64,000 nt of DNA from Camelus dromedarius (taxonomy: Eukaryota), in contig NC_087472.1 in the NCBI RefSeq assembly GCF_036321535.1, forward strand, positions 103,108,001-103,172,000, read 5' to 3'. Position 1 is the first letter of the stretch, and each line of letters starts with the position of its first letter. The notes under the pieces were generated by a model, which saw only the letters and a list, made by a program, of their open reading frames with translations, ran no database searches and was not told the DNA's origin. This document shows, piece after piece, positions 62,868-64,000 of the stretch. Made by a program: the position numbers and the translations under genes.

Positions 62868-63332
62868 GGTGTTAGCGGTTTCTAAGATGACTCCCAATGA
62901 TCCTTTCTCCTGGTATTCATACTCTTGTATTATCCCCTGCCCTGAGTGTGAACTGGACCTTATGACTCACATCTAAGGGCAAATGTAATAGGATGTCACT
63001 TTCGAGATTACGTTACAAAAAGATAGTGGTTTCATCTTGTTTGCCCTCTCTGACTCCTCTTGCTTATTTGCTCTGAGGAGGCCAGTTGCTGTGTTGTGAG
63101 CTGCCCTCTGGAGAGGCCCACTTGGCAAGGAAATGAGGGTGGCCTCTGGCCAACAGCTAGAAAGAAACTGAAGCCTTGGGAGAAACTGAAACCTGCCAAC
63201 GGCCACTTGAGTGAGTTTGGAAGATGATCCTTTGCCAGAAGAGCCTTGAGATAAGACCCCCATCACAGCCCAATGAGAGACCTAGAGCAAAGGTACCCAG
63301 CTAAGCTGCATCCAGATTCCTGGTCTCTGAAC
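62868..63332 (+). mobile_element. MLT1E/F-like MaLR LTR
   Basis: ctaagatgactcccaatgatcc...tggagaggcccacttggcaagg...ggcctctggccaacagc...acccagctaagctgcatccagattcctg. Confidence 0.75.
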
Positions 63333-63407
63333 ATGGTCTTTAGAACTCTCTGTGAATCGGCTTTTGCCTAACTCAGGACTTCCTTGTCTGCTACTTCCTT
63401 CTTGCAC

Positions 63408-63581
63408 TTTTTTTTTTAAAATTGAAGCATAGTCAGTTTACAATGTGTCAATTTCTGGTGTACAGTGTAAAGTCTCAGTCATATATATACATACATATAT
63501 TCATTTTCTTATTCTCTTTCACTTTAGGTTATTACAAGGTATTGAATATAGTTCCCTGTGCTATACAGAAGAAACTTGTTT
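63408..63581 (-). mobile_element. Short L1 3'-end insertion with a near-perfect 14-bp TSD
   Basis: T-run then antisense 3' UTR similar to 48940-49110; cttcttg(c/t)actttt at 63398 and 63582. Confidence 0.85.
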
Positions 63582-64000
63582 CTTCTTGTACTTTTAATAC
63601 TTAATGTGAGCATCACACTGCCTCACACCTCCACCCCCATGTGGAGTACCCAGGTGTCACCTCCACCAAGAAACCTCCTCCCAACAGCACTTAGCTCTCT
63701 TCACTAGCATCGTCTTTTCCAGGGTCAGCTTCTCCACCACACTGTAAGCTCCTTAGAGGCAGGGCCCATCCCCTCTTCCTCTTTCTATTCTGAGCACTGG
63801 GTACAGTGCCTGGCACTTAGTAGATCCTCCATGAAACCAGGAACTAAAGAAATAGACTGTAAAGTGTCTGTGGGGTTTGTGAACTGAAACATACTGGTAA
63901 CCTCAGCAAGAGCAAGGAAAACGGTGGGATCAGGCTGGGTAGAGGCCTGGATGAGGAGGGGAATTGGAGTCGGCAAGAAACAGGGCACAGTAGGGAGACA

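Overview
Mammalian genomic DNA, not prokaryotic. The gene order AP1S2-ZRSR2-CA5B matches the human Xp22.2 block. The tRNA-derived SINEs suggest a camelid genome (inference). The + strand holds the 3' half of AP1S2 (AP-1 sigma-1B): two constitutive exons, a 9-nt DAK microexon and the canonical last exon. Three further phase-compatible candidate alternative last exons lie in the long intron, each giving a different short C-terminal tail; two tails resemble AP-1's own ligand motifs. The - strand holds a complete 11-exon ZRSR2 CDS (1473 nt, 490 aa) with a CpG-island promoter, and the last five coding exons of CA5B (mitochondrial carbonic anhydrase VB). The rest is intronic or intergenic DNA with L1, L2, SINE, LTR and DNA-transposon remnants and a few short tandem duplications. 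Exon boundaries were read base by base. Repeat family names and comparisons with human genes come from memory and were not verified by a search.
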